DNA of 64,000 nt, from NCBI GenBank assembly GCA_037379345.1, contig CM074520.1:5642001-5706000 (forward strand), given 5' to 3'. The translations under genes were made by a program, and so were the position numbers. The stretch is from Perna viridis (lineage: Eukaryota). The notes below the pieces were generated by a model. That model saw nothing but the letters and a program-made list of their open reading frames with translations. It was not told where the DNA came from and ran no database searches. Below, piece after piece: positions 13,365-27,894 of this stretch (position 1 is its first letter; each line of letters starts with the position of its first letter).

Positions 13365-16300
13365 ATGTCGCTTTCCAGGGTCAGATTCAACGGAACATTT
13401 GTTTACGCTAGAAATGCTCTTCGTCTGCATAAAAGCAGTCAGTAATTAAATCTTATATAATATTGAAAATTGTAAAATCTAGTCTTTTATATAGTAAATT
13501 CTAGTCGGCACAGGAGAAAATGAGCCAATGTTATAATTTACCCAACTTACATGAATTGTAAGATTTTAACCCTTTGAGTGCCAAAGCTTTTCCTTGATTT
13601 TGCCAAGAAAGAATTTGAACATTCAAATTCAACTGTTCTGCTTATGACATCGACAATAACCTGACGTTACAAGAAAGGGCACAACAGCGGGGCGATCAAA
13701 TGCGGAAACCAAAAAAAAGGCATTGCATATGGGATTAATCTCTTAAATGTTTTACGAATGTAATTTTTACTGTCAAGTTACTCAGTACATGTACGCATTG
13801 ACATATGTACATATACATGTACGTACTTAAAAATGAAAGAAAGAAAAAAACTATAACGAACATAGGTATGATATAGTTAGTCATTTCAGAAAAGTGCTTT
13901 CAACTTGGGGGTTTTCTAAATAAATCTTATTTACCCTCTTCATAGATCAATCCAAAAGGGGGCAGGAGCTGGGTTCCCCCCTAAAGTCGACAAAATTCAG
14001 TTGATAACATAAAGGAAATCACTGAGCCATGACGGAGTCAGGCTTCCTCTTACGCCACTTTCATGTATCCTAACTTAAGGAACTACAATATATGAAATGA
14101 TACCTTCTGCAGGTCAAATTCTCAGAAAAGGAGCCTTTTTTTTTTTCTTCTGATGTAGCTCGATATGTTGGATGAAAGGATTTGTTTCTGTTATCGGGTT
14201 AAAAATTTATAAGTTGCTGGATCAGACCTAGCTTAACATGTTTTGACTACATTTCATTTCCAGTCAGACTAGAGGGAAAACAATCTTCTTTCTAAGTATA
14301 ATTCATTCAGATCTCGTTTTTTTTTATCTTGAACTTTATGAATGAAGCTTTAAAACAATAAAAGGAGTACTATCAAATTTTATACATTACAATTATTACT
14401 TGGAAGCTGAGTTATTTTCCTCTAATCAGAAAAAAACCTTTCGTTATTACAAAATGTGCATGTAACTAAATTAAATTTTCTTAATCATATTTTCAGCTAA
14501 AAAATTGTTATGTGCAATAAATGTCAACTTTAAGTGAACAACCTTATCAAATATTTTGCAATTTTATCAAAATACGTATATTTACATGTATATAATGCAT
14601 CGTTGAAATTATATATTTAAAGTTTATCATTTGTTATTTGTTGCTTTAATTGTGAAGAGTTTTTATTTTTTTGTTTTGTTTTTTTTTTTATTTCCTCTAT
14701 ACGAAATACATGTGATTTAAATCGATTGCCCTGAAGGTAATATAAGAGAGAAGTAAATGAAATGTGAACATTTGATCAATAGAAAATGACAAATAGACAA
14801 AAGATCAAAACATTCAAGAAATGGATTTGTCATTTTTCAATTTACCCTGTAAAGCACCCCACACATCATCACGTTCAGATTTGTGACGTCATTTACATTA
14901 TTGCAGAACAATTGACTTGTTGAATGTGTAGACAACAGTTGCTAAGCCTGTATATAGGCTCTTTGGCATAGTAAGGGTTAAGTAATGCTCTTTCATACAT
15001 ATATGCCATGGGTTTGATTTCTCCCTTTCTACAGACAAACCTGTGTATCTAGAATAAAAAACTTGAGGCATAGCTTCCCCTGGATATGAGAAAGTTCACA
15101 ATAATAGTTTTTAAAAGTGGCACTAGTCACTTTTGGGATTCAGAGTGGCACTTTTTTGCCATGTAGTTGTGAAATGAAACACCGTTTTAACGTTGACATG
15201 CTTTTTTAAACTTTTAACACATATTTCAACAAGTATTTTTCTTACAATCATTTTTTTAGAACCAGCAGCTTATGAATACAGATGGGATGATGATGTTGAC
15301 CACCTTTTACCTGAACATTACAAACAGAGGTGTGAAGAATTCATGAGGCGAGATCCTACTCCTGTACATTACAGAGCAGCTAAAGAAAGGTTCAAAGTCA
15401 ATCCTAAAACAAATAGATGGTATGTATTATATGTATGTATTAAAAAATATCTACATTGTGTATCCTTAATTGTCAAATGTTTCCTCTCTGACACATCAGT
15501 TAGAATAAAAATAGGAATTAAGAATGTTTCGTTATTAATGTAAACTTTGTACATCATCATAGATAAAATGTAAATAAACAGACAGTATTGAGCCACTCTT
15601 AGGCCGAATAAATTTATACCTCTGTTTCCTGTTACATAGAATAGATGCAAATGTATGGTTAAATGCAACAAATGCACCATCGTATAACCCCAATAAAAGT
15701 AGTAAATACTTACAGAGATCACCAAAAGATCTTCAGTAAGTGTAAACACACCTTCAAGTTAGCTCTGAAAGGCCCCAACAATGAAAGTAATAAAATCCAC
15801 GGTAACAGGACAATGACACTCCTTCAAAATAAATTAAAAAATTTGAATAGTGACACAGAGACACATTTGCCCATGATTAGAATGAAATCATTCAATACTA
15901 ACCAATTATCATGCTCCAAGCACAGTAGACAACTTGGAAATAGTGGACAAACATAAAAAATTGACAAAATTAGATTAAGGCAATGCAAAATCACAGAAAA
16001 ACATGCTTCATTCTTAAATTACTGGTTGAAAATTTGGAATTTTCATGTTAGAGGCATGAGTCTGTTGGGTTACAGGAAACAGAGGTATGGTTTTATTTGG
16101 AATTTATTTTGTATTGCTTTGTCAAAATTTTCTTTGATCCCTTGAGAGTAAACTTCTCTGATATGTGCATTAGGACCAATTTTCTTGGATTAACAGATTA
16201 TCTATTGTTTACTTCACTTCATCACTGACATGAGTCCTCCAAGATGTATATTTATCTTGTTTTGAAGATGACTCTTTCGTTATTTATATTATTATCTGTT

Positions 16301-19300
16301 CAAGATCTGGATCTCCTTGAGAAATTTATCAGACTTAAACTTGTTCAGCTGCGATTCAATCATAAGATCATAGAATTTTACATTCATAGAAATACATGTA
16401 AATTCAGGTATTTAAAAGAGGCAAGCATAAGAACCTATAAATGTAGCTATAAAAGTAATGACTTTATATAATGAAAGTTCTTTAATTCATGGATACCAAT
16501 TTTCATTGAACAGGGGAGAAACACAAATTAGTGGATTCTTGCATTCTTGGTTTTGAGGTTTTAGGTATACACATTAATGGAAATCTCCTTTTTGTTGGGA
16601 ACCAAATTTCAAGGTTTGGCTTACGCACAAAAACCACGAAAATTGGTACCCCACGAACAATAGTACTTTCACAGTTATCAAAATGAACTCATTCAGAAAC
16701 TGAATGGCATTTTTTGATTGATTTTGTTCATAATGTCCCTGATTGGTCAAGACATATTTTACAAGTACACTGTGATGGATGTTGTTTATGAGGACAAAAG
16801 TTGAATTTCTGAGTAGGTCCTTTGTTAAGTATTCAAAATGTTTTCAGGGAAGTAAATCAGAATGAACCAGTACATGTAGTTTTTCCAGAGGAATGTAACA
16901 ATGGTCTGTGGGGAGGGGAAGGCATTGTGGTTGGAGATTACCTGGCTAGATGGAAGAGGAAACGTACTATGGAGTAAGTTCAATTTTCAGTCTTTTTAGA
17001 ATGGATACTGGTGTAAGACAAGATCATGCACACTTGTCCTTTACTAGTTATACATTTTTGTATATAATAAAAAAGAATCAAGGGCTTTAGCGATTTCACA
17101 GGGATTTGTGTTTTTGCATGTTAATCTCATAATGACAGCTGTTAGAAATGATGGAGGCATTTTCTCCGACTATGGGTAGGTTGCATGTCAATGCAGGGTT
17201 ATGCAGAATAAATAGTTACATGGTAGCATGCACTTTCCCCAAAAAAAGTCTTTAAATTTCTTCCACTCTTGGGAGAAATTTAGTGTTTTCACTTATCCCA
17301 CTTAGAATCTTACATGTAACATCCAGTAATAAACAGCATTACTATGGCCAATTTTTTTTATTTAAAGTATCATCACGTGTTTTAATGATGGTACAATGGA
17401 ATTCCAAACATTCATTTGCCTATAGTGCAAAAAACAAGTGTAACACTTTCTAACACCAGTCAGGAGACAGGGAATTGAGCAGAAATTCAAGGAATTACGT
17501 CGGATAGGCACAATTCACAAAACTAATTATTTATCACAAAAATGTGCATGGCAAAGAAAACAATATGGCTTACATGTAGTTAAATACAATGTATGTTAGC
17601 AGTAAACCTACTTTACATGTTTTATTTACTAATTTCAATGTACCCAAAGGGGTTACTACAAAAAAAGTCATAACATTATAAAGTTGCTTAAAAAGCAGCA
17701 AAATATAAAGTTCTCAACTGAAAAAAAGAAATAAGCTAAAGAAAAAAAAACAAGTTTTTTATTTTGATGACAGGACAACCCTGAATATCAGATCTTGAGG
17801 TGCATGCTTCAAAAAATAAATTATGAAAAATTTATGCCTAAATTTAATTTGTTAAAATGGTATGAAGCAGTGCTTTAGAAATTTATTTACCAGTAGGTCT
17901 TTTCCCACAGCTGATATCAGTGTGCAAAACTACCGGGTAAAAATGTAACTCACCACAGGTAACTGGAAATAGGAAATATAAAGTCCTGTTTAGTACTTAT
18001 AGGATAATTAATTGGAAAGAGTGTATAACCAAAATATGATCATGAGTGCCGAAGAACATGTAGATTTAACAAGTGTGAGGAACTTGTTCCTTTCACGAGT
18101 TAAATCTTATTGTGTTCTTGGCTCAAGTGATCATATTATGGTAATTCAGAATGACCAATTGATTATCATATTTATTATACAGATTTCCTCCATTATTCGT
18201 TGCTACTTTTAACATAAATTTTAAATTTTGTGTCGGCAGAATGATATTTGTGTTGTGAGGCTTTGTGATGTTTGGCGGGAGAAAGTCCACAGAGTGAAAT
18301 TACAGAATCTATTTCACAGTTTGAATTATCAAAATTTTGTACACAGGGAATATTTTGGTAAAATCAGTGCAATCTATATGATAAATGTACTTAAATAAGC
18401 TTATGTTTCAAATAACTAAATTGTAGAATACCTTTCCTATGGAAGCCATGTTTACGGAGGAGATATTATTACAGTGAGATTTTAGATAAATGGTACCATA
18501 TGATTGTAACAATGAGGACGTGTGATCTCATTGATGAAGCCTATGGTTTTGACAGTTATATTCTAAAGGTAACTTTATTAAAGTTCTTCGTTAGAACAGA
18601 TTTCAAACTTTCAAAATTGATCCTGCTTATCTTTGGTAAATGTAGTACTTCTGTTTAAAACATAGTTTTCTCTTGAAACTCTTTTGCTGTTCCAGATCAT
18701 TACTTCTGGTGAAATAAAAACCATGTTTGGTTTTTCTTAGTTCTCATATACTGATTTGTTCAATGGCATTAGTGACATCATCAGTGTCCCCACACAAAAC
18801 TAAGGATATCAGGCATGAATTACCAAACACATGAAAATGGATATTTTTAAAAGATCAAATACTATAAATAGAATAATAGAAAATAATTGCAATATTAAAA
18901 AGTAAAAAAAAATCAGACTGTCTACTTAGTGAGCAGTTGGTCATCACAAATTTCAATCATGTAATTACTCCTGGCTAAAGACAACAAAATGTACACAGTA
19001 AATATTTGATTATTTTCTTGATAAAGAAAGTACAGAAAATCAGTGTCAAGACATGGCAATAGAAATTTATAAAGGGAATGTATTGATATGTAAAATGGCT
19101 GAAATCCAGTAAACATATTCAGAGAAAAAAACAATAATATTTGAAATGAGAACTGTTTCATGATATCATTTTGAAAAAGAACCGTTATCAGATACACAGC
19201 ATCATAAATCATGACTGAATTAACAACAATAACTTTTTGTGAATTATTCTCTATTTTTGTTCATTCCTGCTGTTGATAGACGCATGAAAGAGATCTGAAT

Positions 19301-21201
19301 TCACGTCTTGGTATGAAGTTTAAACGAGCCATGTTACTAGCCTTAGTTAGAAAAGATATGTATCCAGATGACCCAGAGAAGAGAGAAAAGATCTATAATA
19401 AATATAAGCAATACATTATACCAGTGAGTGATTATAATGTGTATTTGGTCATTTTCAGATTCAATAGCAACTGTCTGTTTTTGAAAACTTGTTCAGTCAG
19501 TTGGTGATCAGGAGCTGTTTTTTTTACCGAGGTTTGCTTAACTGGGGGACTCTAACCACAATAACCCTCCCCTGTGTCTGCCATGTAATTTCTCAGTTGA
19601 CGTATTATTGAGTCAGAGACACTGGCTTGCCTTTAATGATACTATTGATATAATCTGTTTAATTTCTTATAATTTTTCCCCTTCTGACAACTTTTGCTGA
19701 AGGGAAATTAGGTTTCCATTTTGTCCCTCATTTTTTTCCTTATGCTTGCTGATATTTATTTGATATTTGGTACATTCATTAAACATGACAAGTTACAGAT
19801 TAAGTAAAAATTGTTCCATTCCTTTTTTTTACTGAGTTATGGTACTTGGACTTAAAAAAATCATGCAAAAACTAAGTTTTCTACACTTTTCTTTCCCTAC
19901 GCAACAGGTATACATGTGATATTTGGTACATTTCTTTGGTAAAGTTCAGATTTTGTTATTTTCCCTTGCTTTGTTGAGTTATGGTCTTTGATAATAAATG
20001 CACTCAGTATTCCACACTTTTCTTGCTAACAAATTTTGCATGAAGTTTGCATTCTGTTCTCTTCAGCTGATTTTTCTTCCAGGAGGGGACTTTGTCATGC
20101 CATACAGTACTCTCAGATTGCATGTTACATCATATAAGAGTGACTTTTTTGTTATCGTTTTGAAATTAAAGGAATTAAATAATTGAAAAGAGAAGAAAAT
20201 TGAAATTAAATCTTCATAATATGATAACATTATAATTGAATGAAGTTGTTTGAATGGCCACAATAATTTTTTTGTTTTTGTTTTATTTTTTTCAGGAAGA
20301 AGAGGCTGAGTGGTTAGGTTTAACTATAGAAGAAGCGGTTGAAAAGGGCAGAGAGATAGAGGAAGCTCTTAATCAACCAATACCTCTCAAATATAAGCTA
20401 GCCAAAGCTTTAGCTTACAGATTACAAGGTAAGGGACATGTCAACCAACTCCTCTCAAAATGAATACATTTTTTAAACAACTGCAAAAGAATATTTTGGT
20501 CAAATAATGGTATTAACCTGCTGTCGTCTGCATTGTTGGCATCTATAAACTTTCAATTTTGTATTGAAATCCCTTCCTGCGTTTTTTTTTTTTTTTTGAT
20601 TTACATCACTTACATTTTTTCAGTAACAGGAATCAAAGGCAAAGCCCTTTGATTAGCATCCATACAGCAAAATTTTTTCGCCATTAGTTGGAATGTCAAA
20701 TTTTGTGCTATATTGTTTCCAAACTAGTTGTATCAATAATAACTAAGTCCCTATGCTTAAGTTTGTGAAATACTAATATTGTGTTCACACTTATGCCACT
20801 GAACAGAGTTCAACATGCTATGGTCATATCATGGAGCTCCTAACTGTGTCATGATCGATGAAAGCAGGTCTATCAGCTGTTTAACCTGTCCATCATTAAA
20901 AGGGGGCATATAGTTTATGTAATCTGTGGCTCAAAAACTTATTAATCATTATTTTTCAAACAATACAAAGCACACTGTGAATGTGCACTTTTCATTATGA
21001 AAAAAAATTGCCAAAAGGCCACAGGTCTGGACATGTCATTGATCTTGATAAGTCTTCTTTTTTTCCTTCAACAAACCTTTAACATGTTCTCTCTTTACAG
21101 ATGTTTCTGATGAAAATTTCCAGGAAGTGAAAGAAGATGATTTAACTAGTAAATTAAAAAAACTTAATCCATTTGGCAAATCAAAAGATAAGAGAAGCTG
21201 A
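13365..21201 (+). CDS. MRPL28: Mitochondrial large ribosomal subunit protein bL28m (39S ribosomal protein L28)
   Basis: Seven phase-compatible exons: 13365-13437, 15260-15419, 16848-16973, 18427-18568, 19280-19423, 20296-20428, 21101-21201. Diagnostic segments: [97 protein letters not shown]. The Arg-rich, acid-free N-terminus fits a mitochondrial presequence. Confidence 0.96.
13570..14977. mobile_element. Non-autonomous piggyBac-type DNA transposon in MRPL28 intron 1
   Basis: TTAA on both sides (13566-13569, 14978-14981). Termini CCCTTTGAGTGCCAAAG and, as reverse complement, CCCTTACTATGCCAAAG. No transposase ORF. Confidence 0.7.
15600..16104. mobile_element. MITE in MRPL28 intron 2
   Basis: Inverted termini atacctctgtttcctgt ... 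acaggaaacagaggtat. Confidence 0.6.
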
Positions 21202-22965
21202 TGACAACTACATGATTCAACAGTATTGAGTGAATGAATGAGTGAAAACCACATATGAAAGTGAAATACAGATGTAAACTCTGTGATGTTTTTATTAGTG
21301 ATGGTGTCATTTGATAATGTTGACTTGAATAAATTTGGTATAAACTAAAGCCAGTAGTTTATGTCCAACTTAAAATTCTAGTGCTTAAGTGCTTCGTAGG
21401 AAGATTTAAAAAGTTAGAAGGGTCTTACAACAGTGATTCAAAGATGCACCAAGTGGATTGGTCATATTTTAGTTTACTCATTTGTTTATTTTATATCACT
21501 ATCTCATTAAAATGTTTACATATTTCTTATCATGTGTGTGACCTGGTTCTGTTCAGTATCTTTATTGCAACAGAATGTATTTATCTTTTATATGTATTTT
21601 ATTAATTTAAACATGTATGGAAAAAGTCAAAATATGCCATTCTGCCAGGCAGATTAAAAATCTATTTCATTAAGTCTTTTATATGTGTCAGAGAAATACA
21701 GGTTTTCTGCAGCTTATTAAGAAAACAAATTCTGCATATGTGTTGAAGACTAAACCCTAGTCACCTATAACAGCCCTGGAATGAAATCTGTAACATATCC
21801 TTAATGATTGATGGCATATGATTGACAATGACATATTTAGGAAATGGATGAAATAGATCCATATCACATCCACTACACCCCCTCAACTCATACAAACCCT
21901 CAAGCAAACGTTCAGGCTGATATGGCTGTCTCTATGTCCAGAATGGATATGGTGAATATAATATACATAGATATGAAGTTTAGAAGTAAATGTTATGTAC
22001 CATTCAGTGAACTTATTATCTGTCATTATGATCTTTGTAACATTTACTGACTTTGTTTATTATGAAATATATAATAAGAATCTGTATTGTTGTTGTGTAG
22101 TGCTTTTTTTTTCAAAGTGTATTGATAATAATTTTGTGAGTACGGTAGGTAGTCTAAGATCTATTCAATTTAAGATACTGTAGATTATACAATTATTTTG
22201 AATTCTAAATACCAGTTTTTTAATAGTGTGTGGAATAATAGAAATTTCCTACAGAATCTGTACAAAATGTTTTAAACAAAGTGCCTTTATTAAAGTTCAA
22301 ATATCTCAAAATTAAGTTCTTGACCTTTGTTTTTTTATATTAGAATTTATTGGTATGTTAATTCAAGGTAAATTAGAAATATCTACATAAAAATATTATT
22401 AGGTATGATCTAACTGTTTAAAATAAATATACGTAGTTAAAACTTGGCAAAGACATTTGTGTGATAATTGCGCAGCTAGGTGGTATGTTAATCAATATTT
22501 CAGACCCCTAAATTTACGTGTAGTTAAGTAAAGAACCATGTAATAATCAGGCAGATCCTTTATAGTATTAGTTATAATGATGAAGAAAAAATGAGTTATT
22601 CTTCTTTGTGGACTGTATTCAATACATCTTAAGCCTAATATACATAGAAAGTTCTAAGTACCAAACATAAAATACAAACAATGGTTGAGGTGATACAAGC
22701 TGCAGGAAAAAACACAGAACAAATGATGCTTTCTACATTTACATATGCCATATTTTAATTTAACTACCTTTTTGGTCACAGAACTGTATTTTAGATATTT
22801 ACTAGATAAAAAATTTACTATCAAATTAATTTATAATAGTTTGATGCTCTGCACCTTGTTTAATAGAAATATCTGGAGAAGAAAAATATGCTAAACATTA
22901 TGCTTAAATGGTGAGAATTTGGTATTTCAGTAGGGGGTAAGGCTTATTTATTGTAGGTTCAAAAA

Positions 22966-23415
22966 CTCTTCTGGAGCTGGCATGTCTTGTTTGTGCATAT
23001 ATGTGTAACTTAAGTGTCTTCATTTCTGATTTATCAAGGGACTTTAACCTTTTTGAAAAGACTTTTGGTATGTTTCTTGTGTAATATTTTTTTCCACGGT
23101 GGCCAGATTTAAAAAAAGGGAGGGTTGTGATCACGCCATAGTACTTTAACCCACCACATTTTTTGCCTGCCCCAGGTAAGGGATTTCTGGCCTCTGTCTT
23201 GTTTTGTTTACACTTTCAGTTTACTTTTTACGTTTCTGGAGTCAATTTTGCTGTACCTGTATATAATGTTGTTTTGGTGACAGCTGCAACCTGCCCTGTG
23301 GTATGAGGGTTATCATGTCGTTCATTGAAGACCAGTGATTGGCTTTGAGTTAACATATTTCATCCCGATGGGGTTGTTGTCTTTTTGACATGCTCACCGT
23401 ATCCATTCTCGTTAT
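22966..23415. repeat. Interspersed repeat; second copy at about 35172-35500
   Basis: Both sites share ctggagctggcatgtc, ggttgtgatcacgcca..gtactttaacc and atttctggcct. Confidence 0.7.
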
Positions 23416-23839
23416 ATTTTATCATGGACTTTATATTGCATATTATTGTACACTCCCTGATTTTATAAGATCTACAATAAAAAATTATGCTACTAAAACG
23501 ACTCTGATATTGGCTATGTCTCTTTGAACTTGTTTGGACATTTTTTTTTTCTTGGGTAAGTTAAATTAAACTTTTATTATGGATGTTAAACATGCATATA
23601 GCATTTTTTTATAATTCGATATTCTCTTGACCCTCATGTGCAATAGAATAAAGGCGGATATATGAAAATCTGTAATTACATCGCCTAACCTTTGAATTTA
23701 AGTAGACCACCACGATGAGAACGTGATATATTAGCGATAAGTTTTCGAGCTTAAACAGCACGAGACATCTGGTTTAGATGCTGCAAAATACAAACTTGTA
23801 TATTTAATTTTTTTATTTAAAAAAAAAGACCTAATTCAA

Positions 23840-24035
23840 TTAAAGGTGTGAGGTCGAGAAATGGACTCTTAATCAAGGTTTTTGATTAATCCACCCAAGC
23901 TTGTAAAACTAATATTGAGTAATCTCTTTCTCATTCATACCAATTAAGTCCACTCAGCCTGTAATAGAGTATTATGAGCACTGCTTAGTTCTTGGGTAAT
24001 TGACACCACTGAGCAATTTTGTCTATAAATCCTTT
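23840..24035 (+). promoter_or_regulatory. Putative promoter of cluster gene A
   Basis: TATAAAT at 24024-24030, AGGTGTGA at 23844-23851, several TAAT cores. Confidence 0.4.
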
Positions 24036-24879
24036 ATTTGTTAATAAGCTGGCATACGCTTCTCAAATATAACTCATTGAACACTGAACGGTAGAAGCTA
24101 ACATAGTCTAATATATTTGTTTTGGTGACCAAACCTATCTTTTAAATTAAACTATTCATGAGAAGGATATACATGTATTAAAATGAGGATCCCCGATAAG
24201 CAAACGAACATACAGACTGACGAACGGGTAAGCAATGTCTAAAGAAACATGCTTTCTAGATAATTCTCGGGTGGTTGGAACCCTCTTTTATTGGAATATA
24301 TTTGTATGCATAACTATGACAAGAAATGAGCATCTATAAGTTTTGTGTATCCGCCCCTAATTTGTTCAACAACATGATGCATAATTTAGTAGTACAGTAT
24401 AGCTAATGAGTCAAGTTCTGTAAAATTACCAATTAACATAAGTTTTCATGGGTTTTTGCCTGAATTTGAATCAATCTTAAGTTTTAAAAAACACGAAAAC
24501 AGTTTCCGGCGTAGAGACGAACATAGATGGTAAAGAGAAATTGTATTCATAGGAACACTTTTTAAAAGTATCAAGATTTCAGATATGACGCTGAAATAAG
24601 TGTGAAGTTTCCATTTTCTTTATTTGTGAAATTTCATATATCTCGAGTTGATACAGCACAATATACTGTTCGTGTTACAATGGTTGAATCAGATCTTAAT
24701 CATTCCGAAGACAAGTCGATTATTCCTTTGGGTTAGTCTAAAATGTCAAGTGTTCTTTTTTGTGTGTCGATGATATACTGCTCCTGGGTAAAATTGTTTC
24801 TATGTTGTCGAATCCTTGGGGGATATTTATCTTCTTTACATCGTAATCATGTACTTAATATTTGGTTTTGTTTTTGCAG

Positions 24880-25992
24880 TTGAATTGGAACCATCCAGAG
24901 ATGACGGTGGACAAGGCACAGAAATCACTGCATCTATCCATTAGCTCACCCGACATCACAGCGTATTCTACGGCTAATCTGAACTTTTCCATGGAAATCA
25001 ACCCAGATAGTCTAACAAACGATACCGAAATTGGTGAACTGATTCAAAATATTGTTTTAAGCAGTGACGATAACATATCCGATTTCGATGACGCTATGTC
25101 AACAGATTCGGACAATGAAAATGTTCCCGAAATTGATTATCAAGAAGAACTTCTTTCGCGGTGGTATTACTACGCAAGCTTTGTGTACCAGAAAGATTTA
25201 TCGAACAGAGAGATCGATGGTTGTGAGAACCCCGACGCATCACAACTAGTTGGCGGAATTATTAACACAACAGAAACAGACTCCCCGAGGGACAGTGATA
25301 CTACATTTGCAATTGATGACACTTGTGACAAACCGAACCGCCCAAATTCAGAAAATAGCAGCATTGAACAACAAGTTACAGACGATTTGTTATCAAAGAC
25401 ACACTATCTGACGTTGGACTTTTCTGAACTTGTCAACGAGTCTTCCGTTTCCGAAATAAAAAACTTTGTTCCTAGAATGACAGATGACAATGAACCGTGT
25501 GTTGGAAATACAGAACACTGTGATCCGACACTGAATTCTGCAGATGTCAGTGCAGATCCTATTTTTTTATCTTGTGGAGATCGTACAATGTCAGTCATTG
25601 CATCCTCTTCTATATGTATGGATGAATTTAGTCTTGCAGATTCCGAACTAGATCCAAGTGAATTGATGCCTAATAAAAAGGTACACATTCTTCGACGAAC
25701 AACGACTTTATACAATCTTAACGCTACCAATCATCAGCCTATTACTAATTCATCAAAGACTTCAAATCGTTTGTTAAAAGCAATGAAATCTGTCAAACGA
25801 AGCCTGACTCCTACACGGAGGGTGAACAGTAGATTGTGTAACGATAACGATAGCGACGGACAAGAGCTTGCATCTCCATCTCAAGATATACAGTTACACG
25901 ATAGGCGTACTGTAGTAAGAAAACTCAGGAAGTTTAGGGACAGTTTCCGGCGTAAAGACAAACACCGAATACAGACTCTGGCTATGCTTTGA
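24880..25992 (+). CDS. Cluster gene A: uncharacterised acidic, disordered protein with conserved C-terminal helix and TLAxL end (terminal exon)
   Basis: 1.1-kb ORF after the acceptor tttttgcag (24879). Ends DRRTVVRKLRKFRDSFRRKDKHRIQTLAML. AATAAA at 26064. Possible in-phase upstream exons 24183-24227 and 24657-24731 (uncertain); otherwise start at ATG 24901. Confidence 0.85.
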   Translation: MNWNHPEMTVDKAQKSLHLSISSPDITAYSTANLNFSMEINPDSLTNDTEIGELIQNIVLSSDDNISDFDDAMSTDSDNENVPEIDYQEELLSRWYYYASFVYQKDLSNREIDGCENPDASQLVGGIINTTETDSPRDSDTTFAIDDTCDKPNRPNSENSSIEQQVTDDLLSKTHYLTLDFSELVNESSVSEIKNFVPRMTDDNEPCVGNTEHCDPTLNSADVSADPIFLSCGDRTMSVIASSSICMDEFSLADSELDPSELMPNKKVHILRRTTTLYNLNATNHQPITNSSKTSNRLLKAMKSVKRSLTPTRRVNSRLCNDNDSDGQELASPSQDIQLHDRRTVVRKLRKFRDSFRRKDKHRIQTLAML

Positions 25993-26876
25993 ACATAAAA
26001 AGATTTGTAATTTATTAAGAATTTGTTAGATGTAAAATTTCTCATTGTTCACTTAATAGTGCTAATAAATCTTGAACTATCAATTAGTCTTAGCTCATGT
26101 TTTCAGTCCTTTAAAAGTCAGTTAGCAATGCGTCGTCTGACTCCATGTATACATGTACACTAAGTAAAACCGAAAAAAAGATAATACGTGAATATGAACC
26201 GTTCAGTCAGATTCTGAAAGAAACACAGTATACAGATAACGAACGAACAAAACCTTCATTAACTGACGAATTGAAAAGAAGATGGGGTATAATTTTTGGC
26301 CTACAATTGCTATATTTTGAATAACCCAATACATATTAGAAAGACATCGCATCAATGTATGTTACCATATAAAACATGTTTAAACTATGTGTTTGTTTTT
26401 ATTATTACTATTTTTTTTGTTTTTTTGTTTTTGTTTTTTTGTTGTTTTTTTTTTGTTGTTTTTTGTTTTATTTGTTTTTTTTGGGGGGTCCTGTCCGTTG
26501 CCTTGTTATGCTGTGGATACGCATTTCGCCTGGTACAATTTCATACGGTGTAACAGTGATAAAACCAAAAACAACAATCGTACACTGTGGTTTTGCCAAT
26601 AGGTCAATTAGGACTACTTTTTGATGGGACACTGGGTCACAAAAAAATTTCACTGCGATTATAATACAATAGGTGGACTTAAAATTGAAGAATAGAATTA
26701 CGAAAACAAAAGGGGGTACAAGCATAGGTATATACTGTGATACAATACGAGAATATAATTATGTTATGGTGACAAATGCAGACGTAAATAAGAGAGGTGT
26801 AAAGGTACTCAAAAATCATGTTGGAAGTATGAGTTAGGATGCATGGGGAACGAATAGAAAGTTTTAAATTAATTCG

Positions 26877-27891
26877 ACTACCGGCCGCTGAATGGAACTC
26901 GATCAATCTGTGATCAAAATCAATTTTGTGTACATAAAATCAAATTCCGTCATAACAAAATCATTTTTGTCGTACAAAATTATGTTATACAGATTTGTTT
27001 ATGATCACTTCAATTTTGTGAGACAAAATTCAATTTTGTGCGACAAAAGTCTATTTTGTGTCACAAAATTCAACTTTGTCTATTTTGTGTCACAGAATCC
27101 TTTGGATATGCAAATGAATTCTCTCTCATTGCGATTTCTGTAAGGCGGCCTCTCATTGGATGTAGTAACCGCGGGTCTCGCAGGTTTCCGATTACTTCCA
27201 GCAAGGGAATATCATATGGTTGATGCACTTTTCTGCAAGAGTTATACTTTATTAGGTATTACTTACTTTTTGCAGAATAGCTTATCACCCATATGATATG
27301 TCCTTGCCCGAAGTAATCGCAAGACCAGTGGTTACTATATCCAATGAGAAATCTTCTTACAACATCGCGATGAGAGAGTTCATTTGCATATCCAAAGGAT
27401 TCTGTCAACTAATTTGCATACAAAATTGACTTTTGTGACACATAATTGAATTTTGTCTCACAAAATTGACACAAAAGTGAATTTTGTTTTTAATTGCACG
27501 CAAAAGGGATTTTGGTATGACAGATTTCAATTTTCTGAACGCAAAGTTGAATTTTGTGACAAAATTTAATTTAGTCATAATATTTCTCTGTTTTTTTATG
27601 CACATTAGTTCATGGAATCCAAACTAAACTAATTCCATACAAAATTGACTTATGTTACCCAATATTCAAATCAGGTAACAAAAGTAAAGTTTTTGATACA
27701 AAAATAAATTTTGACATGACAAAGGTAACTTTTGTCCACTGACAGATTTCTTCGTTTACAAAATTAAATTTTGTAGTATGTTATAAATTTTGTTAATCTC
27801 AACTCATTTTTTGTTGAACAAAATTCACTTTTGTCTGTACAAAATTGAATTTTGAGTACAAAACCACAAGAGTCCCATCCGGCGCCCCGTA
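26877..27891. mobile_element. Foldback/MITE with AT-rich subterminal repeats and internal inverted arms
   Basis: Diverged TIRs taccggccgctgaatggaactc / gagtcccatccggcgccccgta. Many acaaaatt.aattttgt units. Internal inverted repeat cagaatcctttggatatgcaaatgaa (about 27092) / ttcatttgcatatccaaaggattctg (about 27380). Confidence 0.75.
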
Positions 27892-27894
27892 TCG

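Noticed and set aside
26296-26725. Phe-rich or hydrophobic short ORFs
   Set aside because: Artefacts of T-rich low-complexity tracts. The same applies at 31380-31562 and 42171-42410.
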